Positions 25,085 to 38,819 of a DNA stretch of 64,000 nucleotides are shown piece by piece. The stretch is from NCBI RefSeq assembly GCF_963921235.1, contig NC_086101.1, forward strand, positions 5,086,001-5,150,000. The letters run 5' to 3'. The stretch is from Mobula hypostoma. Lineage: Eukaryota. The first letter of the stretch is position 1, and every line of letters starts with the position of its first letter. The notes below the pieces were generated by a model, which saw nothing but the letters and a program-made list of their open reading frames with translations, was not told the origin of the DNA and did no database searches. The translations under genes were made by a program, and so were the position numbers.

Positions 25085-26162
25085 AGAGAGGTAGCAATGG
25101 TGGATGAATTGAGTAAGTATTTTGCATCAGTGTTCACTGTGGCAGACACCAGCAGTTCAAGAGTGCCGTGGGGCAGAAGGTGCTTGTGAAACTGAAAAGT
25201 CACATGAACCAGATGGAAGGCACCCCAGTGTTCTGAAGGAGGTGTCTGAAGAGATTGTAGAGGTACAAGTTTTGAGAAAGTAGAGATGCTGCAGAATGAC
25301 AGATTACAAGAATGGGCTAAAAGTGACAGGTGCAATACAGTGTTAGGAAGTGTCTGGTTGTGCATTTTGGTAGAAGAAATGAAAGGATTGACCGCTTTCT
25401 AAATGGAGACAAAATTCAAAACTGTGAGGTGCATGGGGACTTGGTAGGATTCCCTGAAGGCTCATTTTGCTGGTTGAGTCTGTGGTGGGGAAGGCACGTG
25501 TGATGATAGCATTCATTTCGAGAGGACTAGAATATAAAACCAAGGATGTAATGTGAAAACTTTATAAAGAGGCCTCACTTGGAGCATTGTGAGCAGGCTT
25601 GAGCACCTTATCTAAGAAAGGATGTGCTATCATTGGAGAAGGCTCAAAGCAGGATCACAAAAATGCTTCCAGTATTGAGAGCTTATCAGATGAGAGGTGC
25701 TTGATAGCTCTGGGGGTGTACTCAATGGAATTCAGAAGAGTGAGTTTGGATCTCATTGAAACTTGTCGAACTTTGAATGGCCATGATAGAGCGAATGTGG
25801 AGAGGATAATTCCTATAGTGGCGGGAGGGTGAGGTAGGTGAATGTTTAAGACCAGAGGGCACAGCCTCAGAATAGACGGACATCCATTTAGAATGGAGAT
25901 GAGGAGAAATTTCTTAAGAAAGAGAGTGGTGAATTGTTGTCACAAGCAATGAGTGTGGAATTCATTGCCACAGGTGGCTTTGGAGGCCAAGTCATAGGGT
26001 CCATTGAAGGCAGAGGTTGACAGATTAGTCAGGGCATGAAGGAATACAGGGAAGAGGCAGGAAATTGCGGCTGAAGGGGAAATGGTTCAGCCATGAAGGA
26101 ATGATGGATCAGACTCGATAGGCCAAATGGTCTAATTCTGTTCCTATATCTTATGGCCTTAA
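25085..26162 (+). mobile_element. Old CR1 fragment with internal deletions
   Basis: DELSKYFASVFTV followed by a degenerate RT C-terminus and a CR1-type 3' UTR. Confidence 0.75.
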
Positions 26163-26239
26163 GGAACCACCTTTATATATACCTCTATAAGATCTGAAGG
26201 GAAATTAGCGGAGAGAAGCAAGTCCATAACAGTTGTGGA

Positions 26240-29200
26240 CACAAGGAAATCTGCAGATGCTGGAATTTCAAGCAACACACATAAAAGTTGCTGGTGAACG
26301 CAGCAGGCCAGGCAGCATCTCTAGGAAGAGGACTAACTAAAAGAAGAGATAGTAAGAGATTTTTTTTAAATATAATTTTTATTGAATTTTCAAAAAGAAT
26401 ACATGAAAAAAAAGAATCTACCCTCCCCCTCCCCTCCCCATATATAGTTCTACCTAAAAAGAAAGAAAAAGAAAAAAAAGAAGAAAAAAAAGAAAAGAGC
26501 CGCCTGGGTATTGGAAGGTTTCCACATGCTCCATGGGATTCAAAATGAATTTGGTATAATCATTCGTTACTTTCCCCAAGTGACCAAAGTCTTTATCGGA
26601 GCACTCAAGTATGCCATCCTATCTTTTGTAAATAAGGGCGCCAAATATTCAAAAATGTTACATATTTATCTCTTAAATTATAAGTAATTTTTTCAAGTGG
26701 AATAGAACTAGCCATTTCATTATTCCAACGATTCATACTTAAATACGAATCAGATTTCCAAGTAACTGCTATAATCTTCTTAGCTACTGCCAATGCAATT
26801 TTTATAAATTCTTTCTGATATTTATTCAATTTAAGTTTCAGTTTTATCCCTTCGATATCACCTAATAAAAATAATACAGGGTTATGTGGAAGTTGAATTG
26901 CAGTAATTTGTTCCAATAAAATTCTTAAATTTATCCAAAAGGGTTGAATTTTAAAACAAGACCAAGTAGAATGTAGAAAAGTACCAATTTCTTGATTACA
27001 CCGAAAACATTTATCAGAAAAATTTGAATTTAATCTATTTATTTTTTGCGGTGTAATATATAATTGATGTAAAAAATTATATTGTAATAAGCTAAGTCGA
27101 ACATTTATTGTATTTGTCATACTGTCAAGACAAAGTCTTGACCAATTTGTTTCATCAATAATAATATTCAGATCTGTTTCCCATTTTTGCTTTGACTTAT
27201 GGGTTCCTTGTTAAATTGTCTGTTCTTGAATCAAATTATACATACAAGAAATAAATTTTTTAATTTTCCCTTTTTGAATTAAAATTTCAATTTCATTAGG
27301 TTTTGGCAAAAACATTGTTTGACCCAGCTTACCTTTTAAGTAAGCCCTTAATTGAAAGTAACAAAAGAAAGTATTATTAGATATTTTATATTTATCCTTT
27401 AATTGTTCAAATGACATCGATATACCTCATTCAAAACAGTCTCCTATAAATTTAATCCCTTTTTGGTACCAATTATATAAAAGTTGATTGTCCATTGTAA
27501 AAGGAATAAGTCTGTTTTGGAACAAAGGTCTCCTTGCTAATAGAGATTTCTGTGTTTCATTATCAACATTTATCTTATTCCATAGATCAATCAAATGTGT
27601 TAATATAGGAGATTCTTTCTTTTCCCGTATCAATTTAGATTCCCATTTATATATAAAATCTTCAGGTCTATTTTCTCCTATCTTGTCTAATTCTATTTTA
27701 ATCCATGCTGGTTTTCGATCATCGAAGAAAGATGCAATAAATCTAAGTTGATTTGCTTTACAATAGTTTTTAAAGTTTGGAAGTTGTAACCCTCCTAACC
27801 CAAATTTACATGTCAATTTTTCCAATGATATTCTTGACATTTTACCTTTCCAAAGAAATTTTCTCACACATTTATTTAACTCTTGAAAAAATTTCTGTGG
27901 CAATTGTTTGAAACAAATACTGTAATCTAGGAAATGTATTCATTACAACATTGACTCTACCTACTAATGTTATTGGTAATATCATCCATTTGTCAAGGTC
28001 TTCTTGAATTTTTTTCAATAGTGGTAAATAATTAAATTCATATTAATTCTTTAGATCATTATCAAGTCTTATACCTAAATATTTTATACCATTTACCGGC
28101 CATCTAAATTGGGTTACTAATCGACATTGACTATAGTCTCCTTTAGTAAGAGGTAAAATTTCACTTTTATCCCAATTTATTTTGTAACCTGATACCTTCC
28201 CATATTCATCCAATCTAGAAGATAATTTATGTAACGAATGTTGTGGATTTGTTAAATAGATCAAAACATCATCGGCAAAAAGATTAATTTTATATTCCTC
28301 CTGATTAACTCTAAAACCCATAATATCTGGATCAATTCTAATTAGTTCTGCTAATGGCTCTATCGCCAATACAAATAAAGCAGGTGATAGTGGACAACCT
28401 TGTCTAGTTGACCTTTTTAACTGAAATGGTATCGAAATTTGAGAGTTTGTCACCACTTTAGCTTTAGGGTTAGAATTTAAAGTTTTAATTCAATTTATAA
28501 AAGATATTCCTAACCCATATTTTTCTAGTACTTTAAATAAAAAATCCCATTCTAATCTATCAAATGCTTTTTCTGCATCCAAAGCTACTACTATACTCTT
28601 CTCATCCCTTTTTTGTGCCAAATGAATTATACTGAGTAACCGAGTTACATTATCTGCCAATTGTCTATTTTTAATAAATCCTGTTTGATCCATATGTATT
28701 AATTTTGGTAAATATTTAGATAATCTATTCGATAAAATTTTTGCTATTATTTAATAATCCGTATTCAATAAAGAAATAGGCCTATATGATGCTGGTTTCA
28801 AAGGATCTCTGTCTTTTTTTGGCAATACTATTACAATTGCTATTGAAAAAGATTCTGGAAGTTTATGTATTTTTTCTGCTTGACGTATTAGTTCCATAAA
28901 AAGAGGAAATAATAAATCTTTAAATTTTTTATAAAATTCAGGTGGAAAACTATCTTCTCCTGGAGATTTATTACTTTGGAGTGATCCTAAAGCTTCTTCA
29001 ACTTCTTTTAATGTAAAAGGCATATCTAATCCCCTCTGTTCTTCCAAATTCAATTTTGGAAGAGAAACTTGTGATAAAAACCTTTCTATCTCATTAACAT
29101 CATTTTGGGATTCTGATTGATATAATTCGATAGTAAGAGATTTGAAAGTGGGAGGGGGAAAGGGAGATCGAAAATGATAGGAAAAGACACGGGGGGAGGG

Positions 29201-30775
29201 ATGGAGCTAAGAGCTGGAAAGTTGATTAACAAAAGGGATATGAGAGGATCATGGGACAGGAGGCCTAGGGAGAAAGACAAGGGGGAGGGGGTAAACCCCA
29301 GAGGATGGGCCAGGGGTATAGTGAGAGGGACAGAGGGAGAAAACGGAGAGGGAGAGAGAGAAAAATAATAATAATAAATAAATAACAGATGGGGTACGAA
29401 GGGGAGGTGGGGTATTAACGGAAGTTTGAGAAGTCAATGTTCATGCCATCAAGTTGGAGGCTACCCAGACGGAATATAAAGTGTTCTTCCTCCAACCTGA
29501 GTGTGGCTTCATCTTTACAGTAGAGGAGGCCGTGGATAGACATATCAGAATGGGAATGGGACGTGGAATTAAACTGTGTGGCCACTGGGAGATCCTGCTT
29601 TCTCTGGTGGACAGGGCGTAGGTGTTCAGCAAAGCGATCTCCCAGTCTGCGTCGGGTCTCGCCAATATATAGAAGGCCGCATCGGGAGCACCGTACGCAG
29701 TATATCACCCCAGCCGACTCACAGGTGAAATGTCGCCTCACCTGGAAGGACTGTCTGGGGCCCTGAATGGTGGTGAGGGAGGAAGTGTAAGGGCATGTGT
29801 AGCACTTGTTCCGCTTACAAGGATAAGTGCTGGGAGGGAGATCAGTGGGAAGGGATGGGGGGGATGAATGGACAAGGAAGTCACGTAGGGAGCGATCCCT
29901 GTGGAAAGCAGAGGGGGGGAGGGAAAGATGTGCTTAGTGGTGGGATCCCGTTGGAGGTGGCGGAAGTTACAGAGAATTATATGTTGGATCCGGAGGCTGG
30001 TGGGGTGGTAGGTGAGGACAAGGGGAAACCTATTCCTAGTGGGGTGGAGGGTGGATGGGATGAGAGCAGGTGTGCGTGAAATAGGAGAGATGTGTTTGAG
30101 AGCAGAGTTGACGGTGGAGGAAAGGAAACCCCTTTCTTTAAAAAAGGAGGACACCTCCTTCGTCCTGGAATGAAAATCCTCATCCTGAGAGCAGATGCGG
30201 TGGAGACGGAGGAATTGCAAGAAGGGGATGGCATTTTTGCAAGAAACAGGGTGAGAAGAGGAATAGTCCAGGTAGCTGTGAGAGTCCGTAGGCTTATAGT
30301 AGACATCAGTAGATAAGCTGTCTCCAGAGACAGAGACAGAAAGATCAAGAAAAGGGAGGGAGGTGTCTGAAATGGACCAGGTAAACTTGAGGGCAGGGTA
30401 AAAGTTGGAGGTAAAGTTAATGAAGTCAACGAGCTCAGCATGCGTGCAGGAAGCGGCGCCAATGCAGTCGTCGATGTAGTGAAGGAAAAGTGGGGGACAG
30501 ATACCAGAATAGGCACGGAACATAGATTGTTCCACAAAACCAACAAAAAGGCAGGCATAGCTGGGACCCATACGGGTGCCCATGGCTACACCTTTAGTTT
30601 GGAGGAAATGGGAGGAGCCAAAGGAGAAATTATTAAGAGTAAGGACTAATTCCACTAGACGGAGCAGAGTGGTGGTAGAGGGGAACTGGTTAGGCCTGGA
30701 ATCCAGAAAGAAGTGGAGAGTTTTGAGACCTTCCTGGTGGGGGATGGAAGTAGATAGGGACTGGACATCCACCAG
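26240..30775 (-). mobile_element. Penelope-like element (Neptune-type RT plus GIY-YIG), split by the L1 insertion
   Basis: ORF 29738-30841 (DVQSL.TSIPH, GVAMGTRMGPSYACLFVG, YIDD, LPFLD) and ORF 29415-29741 (VIYCVRCSRCGLLYIGET...RFAEH). The terminal repeat continues at 26240-26362. Confidence 0.95.
26363..29128 (-). mobile_element. 5'-truncated LINE-1 (L1) ORF2 with poly(A) tail and 15-bp TSD
   Basis: AT-rich. ORF pieces SYRPISLLNTDY, DQTGFIKNR, LDAEKAFDRLEW, TRQGCPLSPALF, LFADD, and the C-terminal CFRC...H..WSC knuckle. AATAAA plus A tail on the minus strand. GATAGTAAGAGATTT duplicated at 26348-26362 and 29129-29143. Confidence 0.95.
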
Positions 30776-31493
30776 GGACAGTTGTGGAGGGTGTTTAAGG
30801 ATCAGTTGCTCGGGGTACAGGACACAAGGAAGGGTGGGCATGGAAAGATCAGAGAACTTTGATTGTCCAGAGAGATGATGGAATAAGTCAAGAAGAAAAA
30901 GGAAAAGTATGTAAAGTTTCCGCAGTTGGGATCAAACGGAGCAAATGAGGGTTATAAAGGCTTGGCAAGTCGGATTAAAGAATACCCCAAGGCATTCTAG
31001 ACATAATTGGAGCAAAAGGATAACTGGAGAAGAGGGGAGGACCACTCACGGTAAAGGGGGGAACATTTGCTTGGATGCGAGTGTGATGAATGTGTTAAAG
31101 TGTTCACAGGTCAAGGAGGAGGAAGTGTTGGGCCTCCTGATGAATATTAAGGTAGAGAAGTCTCCAGGGCCTGATTGGATTTACCAAAATAATTGGAGAG
31201 ATGAGATTGCTGGGCTCCTGGCCGGTATCTTTGTGTGTCCTCTAGGCACAGGTGAGGTCCCAGCGGACTGGCAAGTGGCTAATTTAAGAAGGGAACAAGG
31301 GGAAATTCCTGTGACTATAGACCGGTTAGTCTCATCTCAATTATAGGGAAATTCCTGGGGAAAATTCTTAGGGATAGGATATATGAGCATTAGTTGGTTC
31401 AGCATAGCGTTGCGGGCCGAAGGGCCTGTTCCTGTTCTAAGCTGCAGAATGAGTGGTCAGATTTGGGCTCACTTCACGTCTTGGAAGTTGCGT

Positions 31494-32145
31494 TCCGCGA
31501 AGGCGGGTGCGGCGCCGTTGAAGGAGGGGGGTAACCGGCTATATCCGTGCTGTTGGACAGGGTACGGGGTGACCGAGAGGACCCACATCAAACTACCCGG
31601 GATTAGCCGTGCCTGCGGGACCCACCAGACGGACACCGGAGGCCTCGTTCGGCTCGCTTTCGGCTCCGATAGGGCGTGCGCGCAAAGTGAAAGTAAAAGG
31701 CGGCGGGCTGTGGATTTGTGAGTCCTCCGACTGCTACCCGGCCGTCATTCGGTGAGTCTCGGACGGGTTTCTGATTGCGGCCGGCGAAAGGCACTCCTCT
31801 CTACCCCGGGACCAGGACCGGTCCGGGATTCGGGCAGTGCGAATCTAGCTCAGACCGGGAGTCCGGCCCGGCCGGTTCGGGCTCTTCGACACGACCTCGG
31901 GGTGGGGTGGGTGACTGGTTCTGCTCAGATCCTGGTCAGTCTGTCCCTCGAGACATTGGAGCCGTTCCCTCGCTCCGATCTCCGAAATACAAAGGTTAAC
32001 CTGAAATTTGAAGTTCAAGTTTACACATGAAATGGCCGAACAGGTTCCTCCGGGTCCAAGGTGCAGAACGACAGAACCAGCAGTCACACAGGGCACAGGG
32101 CACATACTGTACAGCGCGTTTAGGATAGCAACATACAGTCACCCA
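31494..32145 (+). promoter_or_regulatory. Second, apparently identical copy of the CpG-island/exon-1 block
   Basis: Matches 52144-52795 at a constant offset of 20650 by eye, and the ORF track gives identical translations for both copies. IRF-element at 31684-31698; donor at 31751/31752. Confidence 0.75.
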
Positions 32146-34524
32146 AAAATATAACAGTGATATAATTATATGTTTAGTCTATGGTGAGGAAGACAAATAC
32201 AATTATTAGGTACATTTGGAGAGTACTAGATTATAAAAGCGATCATGTAATACGAAGGCTTTGCAAGGGATTAGTCAGGCCGGACTTGGAGTATTGTGAG
32301 CAGTTTTGGCCCCTTAGCTCGGAAAGGATGAGCAGGGTGAAACCAGATGTCTGGGTTAGCAGGGTCCAGAAACATACCCCTACCCCCTCTGATAGAACTC
32401 TCTCCCGTCGGTCTCTGGAAGAACCAGAATCGGGTTTATTATCACCAGCATGTGTCGTGAAGTTTGTTAACATAGCAGCAGCAGTTCAATGCGATACATG
32501 GTAATACAGAAAGGAAAAATAAATTAGTTACAGTAAGTATATACATGTGTATTGAGTAGATTAAAAATAGTCCAAAAACAGAAATGACATGTACTTGAAA
32601 ACGTGAGGTAGTGTTCATGGGTTCAATGTTCATTTAGGAATTGAATAGCAGAGGGGAAGAAGCTGTTCCTGAATCACTGAGTGTGTGCCCTCTGGTTTCT
32701 GTACCTCCTACCTGATGGTAACACTGAGAAGAGGACATGTGCTGGGTGATGGGGGTCCTTAATGATGGATGCTGCCTCTTTGAGCCATCGTCCTTTGAAG
32801 ATGTCCTGGATACTATAGAGTGCCCATGATGTTTACAGCCTTCCGCAGACCCTGTACAGTAGCCCCACCAATTCCCACCCCTGCCCCACCCGTTCCAGAC
32901 AGTGATGCAGCCAGTCAGAATGCCCCCCACGGTACATCTGCAGAAATTTGGTGACATATTAAATTTCCTCTGACTCCCAATGAGATCTAGCTGCTGCCAT
33001 GCCTTTTTTTTGTAACTGGATCAATATGCTGGGCCGTTAGAGACGCTGACATCCTTTGTCTCCCCCTTTCTGCAGTCCACAGTCAGTTCCTTGGTCTTAC
33101 TGACGGTGACTGCCAGGTTGTTGTTGTGACACCTCTCCACCAGCCGACCTAGCTCATCCCTGTCACCATCTGAAGTTCTGCCACCCGCAGTTGTCAGAAT
33201 ATATGAGTAATAAAAGTCAAAAAGGCACACCGTGCCTCTGTATAAAACCCAGTTACATCCTATTCGGACTGACAGTAACTGAGATGCTGCGTTACAAGGA
33301 GGGTGTAGAGGCTTTAGACAGACTACAAAGGAGATTCACTAGAGGGCCATGGAGGAATACGGCACAGAAATGGCCCTTCAGCCCGTCTAGTCAAGTCAAG
33401 TGAAGTTCATTGTCATTTAACTACATACGGGTATGTAGATAGATAGATACTCTTGAAACCACTTTGGTTTCGTCAGCTGCGCAAGTCTAGGGAAGCCAGT
33501 CTCCGGCCTCGCCGAACTCGTGAGGATGGGGCGTGCTTGATCCCACCCCAAACCTCGGTGTCATTTGCTACTCCGTTACAAATTAATGCCATGAAATAAC
33601 AGACAGTATCCTGCATACAATTAAAGGAATTACATTTATGAATCTTAACTGAAAGAATAACAAAAAGAAAAGGGTGCACTTGAATTAAACAGTCAAATAT
33701 GCTCAAGCTGGAGCTCATTTTGAACCTCTCTGTCACTCACTCGCTGGGCCCTCGGTCAGCGTGAAAGCACACACACCACCTTCCGAACGTCACTCGCAAT
33801 CCATCTCGATCAAACGGGTCTCCCACCCACGACCAGTTCTCCCCAGCATCTTCTCTTCTCAAAACAAAAGTCCAAGACCAACCCTATTGTCCCTCACCAA
33901 CAAACACCTCCCGCTAATTGAACGGTGTCACAAAGTACTGTGAGTCAGCTGTCTAAGAAAAATAACCAGATGGCTTGAGTCGCAAAAATAGATTGAGGTG
34001 CTTTTATTTACCTCAAAACAAGAAAAAACACTGGAAAAAAATACAATACATATATATAGCCACCCTCAAACTAAACACAAAGGAAAACTAACTCCAAAGC
34101 CTGTCTGTATCTTGTTTTACAGCAGTTGGCATCCAGAACTCCAAAGCCTTGGTAACCCGAGGCCTATGACTGCTAAGCCCCTCCCCCCAGACCAACCAAA
34201 AGCTAATTAACTCAATTATCCAATGAAAGTCGGTATCCTCCACCATTGGCACACCTGTGCAGGTTGCGGCTGCCTCGATATGAGACAGATCCACGCAGCA
34301 GCTCTGGTTCAGACCCAGTCACTATTACTGCTGGGGATGAGTGTTTTACCGAGTGTTTTGCCGTCCGCAATCAGTGACGGGCCTTCGTCACAAATGGCAC
34401 ACATTCCACCTCATCCCTCATCTTCAACAGTAACCCAAACGGGATGAAAGCAGAACAAGTAGCTCTCACAGTGCCGCTAAATGAAATTCCTGCAGCATAA
34501 CAGTAAAGTTGTGAACCAGGGCAC

Positions 34525-36065
34525 GACACTTTATTGACCCCAGTGGAAATTACACCGTCACAGTAGCATTGCAAGTGCACAGATAAACAAATGTTAGAAG
34601 AGAAGTAAGAAAGACTGTAAAAATAAGATGTACCAGATTTACAAATCAAAGATGGTGCAAGAATTACAGTGATGTAAGTAATGGGTGCACATTCACACCG
34701 TCCAGATAAGAAGTGATGAAGTATTGTACAGGTTGTCTGCAATAGCAGGGTTTGGTAAACACTAAACATAACAAACAGAGGTTAATAACAGTCTAGCAGG
34801 AGGGGGTCATCATTTCCCTATAGAGCCGAATGGCTGAGGTTAAGAATGGCCTCTTTGGAGCTGTGTAATTGTCTTAATCTACTAGTAAAAGTGCTCCTTT
34901 GTTCAGCCAAGGTGGCATGCAGAAGGTGAGAAACATTGTCCAGAATTGCCAGCCTCCAGTGTGTCCAGTTTGATCCCTATAAGAGAGCCAGCCTTTCTAA
35001 TCAGTTTATTGAGCCTATTAGCATCACCCCGTGTTGATGCCATTGCCCCAGCACACCACCGCATAGAAGATTCTACTGATCACACCAGACTGGTAGAACG
35101 TGTGAAGGAGAGAACTGCATACTCCAAAGGACCTCATACTCCTCAGGAGGTAGAGGCGATCCTGGCCCTTCTTGTACACAGCCTTCGTGTTGTGCTCCAC
35201 TCAAGTCTGTCATCCAGGTACTTGTAGGTCCTCACCATCAATAGTAACAGGGAGCAGTGCGGGCTTAGTCTTCCTAAAGTCCATCACCATCTCCTTTGTC
35301 TGACTGATGTTGAGGTGCAGATGATTCAGCTTGCACCATTTGACAAAGTCCTCCACCAGGGCCCTGTATTCACCTTCCCATCCTCCCTTTATACACACAA
35401 CTATTGTTGAGTCATCAGAGAATTTCTGCAGAAGGCATGACTCGGGTTTGATTCTAAGGTCCAAGGTATACAGGTTAAATAGGAAGGGAGCCAGTACAGT
35501 CCCCTGTGGGGCCCCAGTGCTGCTTATAGCCATGTCTGACACGCAGCTCTGAAGCTGCACAATCTGTGGTCTGCCAGTCAGGTAGTCCGTTATCCAGGAT
35601 ACAATGGAAGTGCCAAACTGCATTGAACAGAGCTTCTTCCCCAGAAATGAGGACTGTATGGTATTGAAGGCACTTGAGAAATCAAAAACCATGATCCTCA
35701 CAGTGCTGCCCTGCTTATCCAAGTGGGAGCAGACTGTTCAGCAGGTAGACGACAGCATCGTCGACGCCAATGTGCTCCGGGTAAGCAAATTGCAGGGGAT
35801 CAAGGGCTGATCTGACCAGGGGTCGGAGGTGAGTCAGGACCAGCCTCTCCAGGGTCTGCATGATGTGTGAGGTCAGGGCCACTGGACAGTAGTCATTCAA
35901 GACTTTTGGTCAGCCCTTCTTGGGTACTGGGACCAGACATGATGTTTTCCACACAGTCGGGACCCTTTCCAGGCTGAGACTCAGATTGAAACTGTGCTGG
36001 AGAACTCCACACAGCAGCTCAGCACTCTCCTTCAGGGCCTTGGGGTTCACACCATCCAGCCCTGA
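34525..36065 (-). mobile_element. Rex1/Babar-type LINE RT remnant
   Basis: NDYCPVALTSHIM, DPLQFAY, DFSSAFNTIQ, TGAPQGTVLAPFLF, KFSDDS. Confidence 0.9.
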
Positions 36066-36509
36066 TGCTTATAGTATATTTAACATATATGGAAACAAGA
36101 CAATGTTTCTTCAAACCAGTGTGTAAAGCACAATAGTACACATAACACACGAGAACTTGTGAAGGTAAAGATAAAATCTACAGATGAATGACACATAAAT
36201 AACAAACTAAAATGCATTAGTATTAATTATTGTAAGGTACAGAACAGATTAACCAGGGACACTTTGAATACGAAGTTCAAGGGGGATATTAGAGGAAGGT
36301 TTTTTACTCAGAGAGTGGTTGGTGCGTGGAATGCACTGCCTGAGTCAGTGGTGGAGGCAGATACACTAGTGAAGTTTAAGAGACTACTAGACAGGTATAT
36401 GGAGGAATTTTAAGGTGGGGGGGTATATGGAAGGCAGGGTTTGAGGGTCGGCACAACAATGTGGGCCGAAGGGCCTGAACTGTGCTGTTCTATTCTATGT
36501 TCTATGTTC

Positions 36510-37500
36510 TTTCTATGATGTGTCTGGGAGTTCGGAAGCCTAATGGCCTGCGGGAAGAAACTGTTTCCCATCCTGACTGTTCTTGTTTGTAATCATCAGA
36601 ATCTCCTGGCTAATGGTAGAAAGTCAAAGAGGATGCTGGATGGATGGGATCCTTGATAATACTAAGGGCCCTGCGTACGCAGTGCTCCTGATAAATGTCC
36701 CTGATGGATGGTAGGGAGACCCCTACGATCCTCTCAGCTGTTCTCACAGTCCTTTGTAGGGACATCCGGTCAGACGCTTGACTGTTTCTATACCAGATGG
36801 AGATGCACCTTGTCAGGACGCTGTCAAAGGTGCTCCTGTAAGGTGCAGTTAAGATGGTGGCGGGGGGCGGGGGGGGGGAGAGTGGGAGCCTTGCTTGCCT
36901 CGATCTCCTTTAGGAAGTGGAGGCACTGCTGTGTCTTCTTGTTCAGGGAGGTGATGTGGACGGACCGGGTGAGGTCATCCGTGATGTGAACACCCAGGAA
37001 CTTGGTGCACTTAACTCTCTCTCTGGAGGAGCCATGTATTCTCAGAGAGGGATGGTTTGTCTGCACCTTCCTGAAGTCCACGGTGATCTCCTTTGACTCC
37101 TCCACGTTCAGGCTCAGGTTGTTCTTCTCACACCAATCCACCAGCGGGTCTGCCTCGTCCCTGTACTCCGTCTCGTCATCGTTGTTGGTGAGGCCAACCA
37201 CTGCTGTGTCACCCGTAAACTCGATGACACGGTTTGATCTGGATCCCGCGACACCGCCACACGTCAGCAGTGTGAACAGCGGCGGGCTGATTACACACCC
37301 CTGGGGAGCGCCAGTGCTCAGTGTAACGGGACGAGAGAGGTCGCTGCCCACACGGACTGACTGTGGCCTTACTGTGAAGAAATCCAGGATCCAATTGCAG
37401 GGGGTTTGATACCCAGCCAGGACATTTCCCCCACCGGTTTCTGGGGTATGATGGTGTTGAACACCGCACTGAAGTCTATAAACAGCAGCCTGGTGGACGA
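36510..37500 (-). mobile_element. Rex1/Babar-type LINE RT remnant (different subfamily)
   Basis: [41 protein letters not shown]. Confidence 0.85.
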
Positions 37501-38617
37501 GTCCAGGAGAGTCCTTACTTCCATGTTGCCAGTTTTAGGTTGTATTGTTTCTTATTTCGACTGTAGTAGTGGAATAACCCGATAGGCGCGGTAACCTATC
37601 CAGGTGAGTAATTTTTAGGCCACCTTTTCTAGGCCCTTCCCCAATTGGGGTGAGCAGTGCGGTCCCTCAGTCGCACAGGGGTCTGCCGAAAACAGCTGCC
37701 ACTCAGTCCCAGCTGCTAGTAACCAAATACCCTGTGCCGCTGCATTGCAGGGTTCTGACTAGGAGCTCCCAGTCCATTCATACCTGTTCCCGTTGCCAGA
37801 CGCCCCATCGCCGTCAGACTTCAACTATATGTAAGGTCCAGGTATTGTTCACCGTGGGCAGAGGTGGAGACCTGCGCAAGAAAGATTTTAAAGTGCTGCA
37901 GGATGCACCATCCCCAGTAGCACTATCTTCACCATGATGAGGTAAATCCTGGTGGCAAGGGTGATCCCAGGACAACCGGTCCCACATCTTGGCTGCAGGA
38001 GGCTGCCGGGTCCCTGGTCTGTTAAGGCCCGCCTATTGTGCTCTGCCAGCGCATTGCTTTTCTGTCAGGGTGTGCTCCCTTAGCCTTGTCTCAGCAGACT
38101 TACCACAAGGCAGTGGGGCTATTTGCCCATAGCTGGGACAGTGGTTGACAGGTGCCAGGGCGTGTCCACACAGTGGTGGGCCTGTACGCCACGTCTCTGG
38201 GCCCATTGCTGCTCCCGAGATCCCCTGCAGTTTAGCCTGGGACCGTAAGATACCCAGTTTCCGTGTGTGGCCCCGAGGAGGCACTGCAGGAGTCTTGGTG
38301 GTGGAGAGGCTCTGTACTGGCAGGAGGAGGCTTACACACTTGTCTCCTCTTTTCACCCTCTATTAAGAAGGCTAGCCAGCGGCAATAGCTGTAAGCAGAG
38401 AGCACTATGCAGCATACAGCATACAGCATGCACTAACGACAAGCACTACTACACTACTGCACTGGACGCTTCACACACACCCTGTGAGCAAATACTCTCA
38501 CCCACACTTTGGTAGAAGAAATGAAAGTGCAGACTTTTTTCTAAATGGAAAGAAAATTTAAAAACAATCTGAGGACAGGTAGTCTTGTTGAAGTACAGAT
38601 GCTACAGAAGGACAGAC

Positions 38618-38819
38618 ATAAACACAAAATACTCTGCAGATGCTGGGGTCAAAGCAACACTCACAACAGGCTGGAGGAACTCAGCAGGTCGGGCAGCATC
38701 CGTGGAAACGATCAGTCAACGTTTCGGGCCGGAACCCTTTGTCAGGACCGAAACATTGACTGATCGTTTCCATGGATGCTGCCTGACCTGCTGAGTTCCT
38801 CCAGCATGTTGCGAGTGTT
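38618..38819. mobile_element. Penelope-terminus fold-back insertion in a CR1 fragment
   Basis: Imperfect ~70-bp inverted arms; direct repeat GAAGGACAGAC at 38607-38617 and 38820-38830. Confidence 0.8.
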
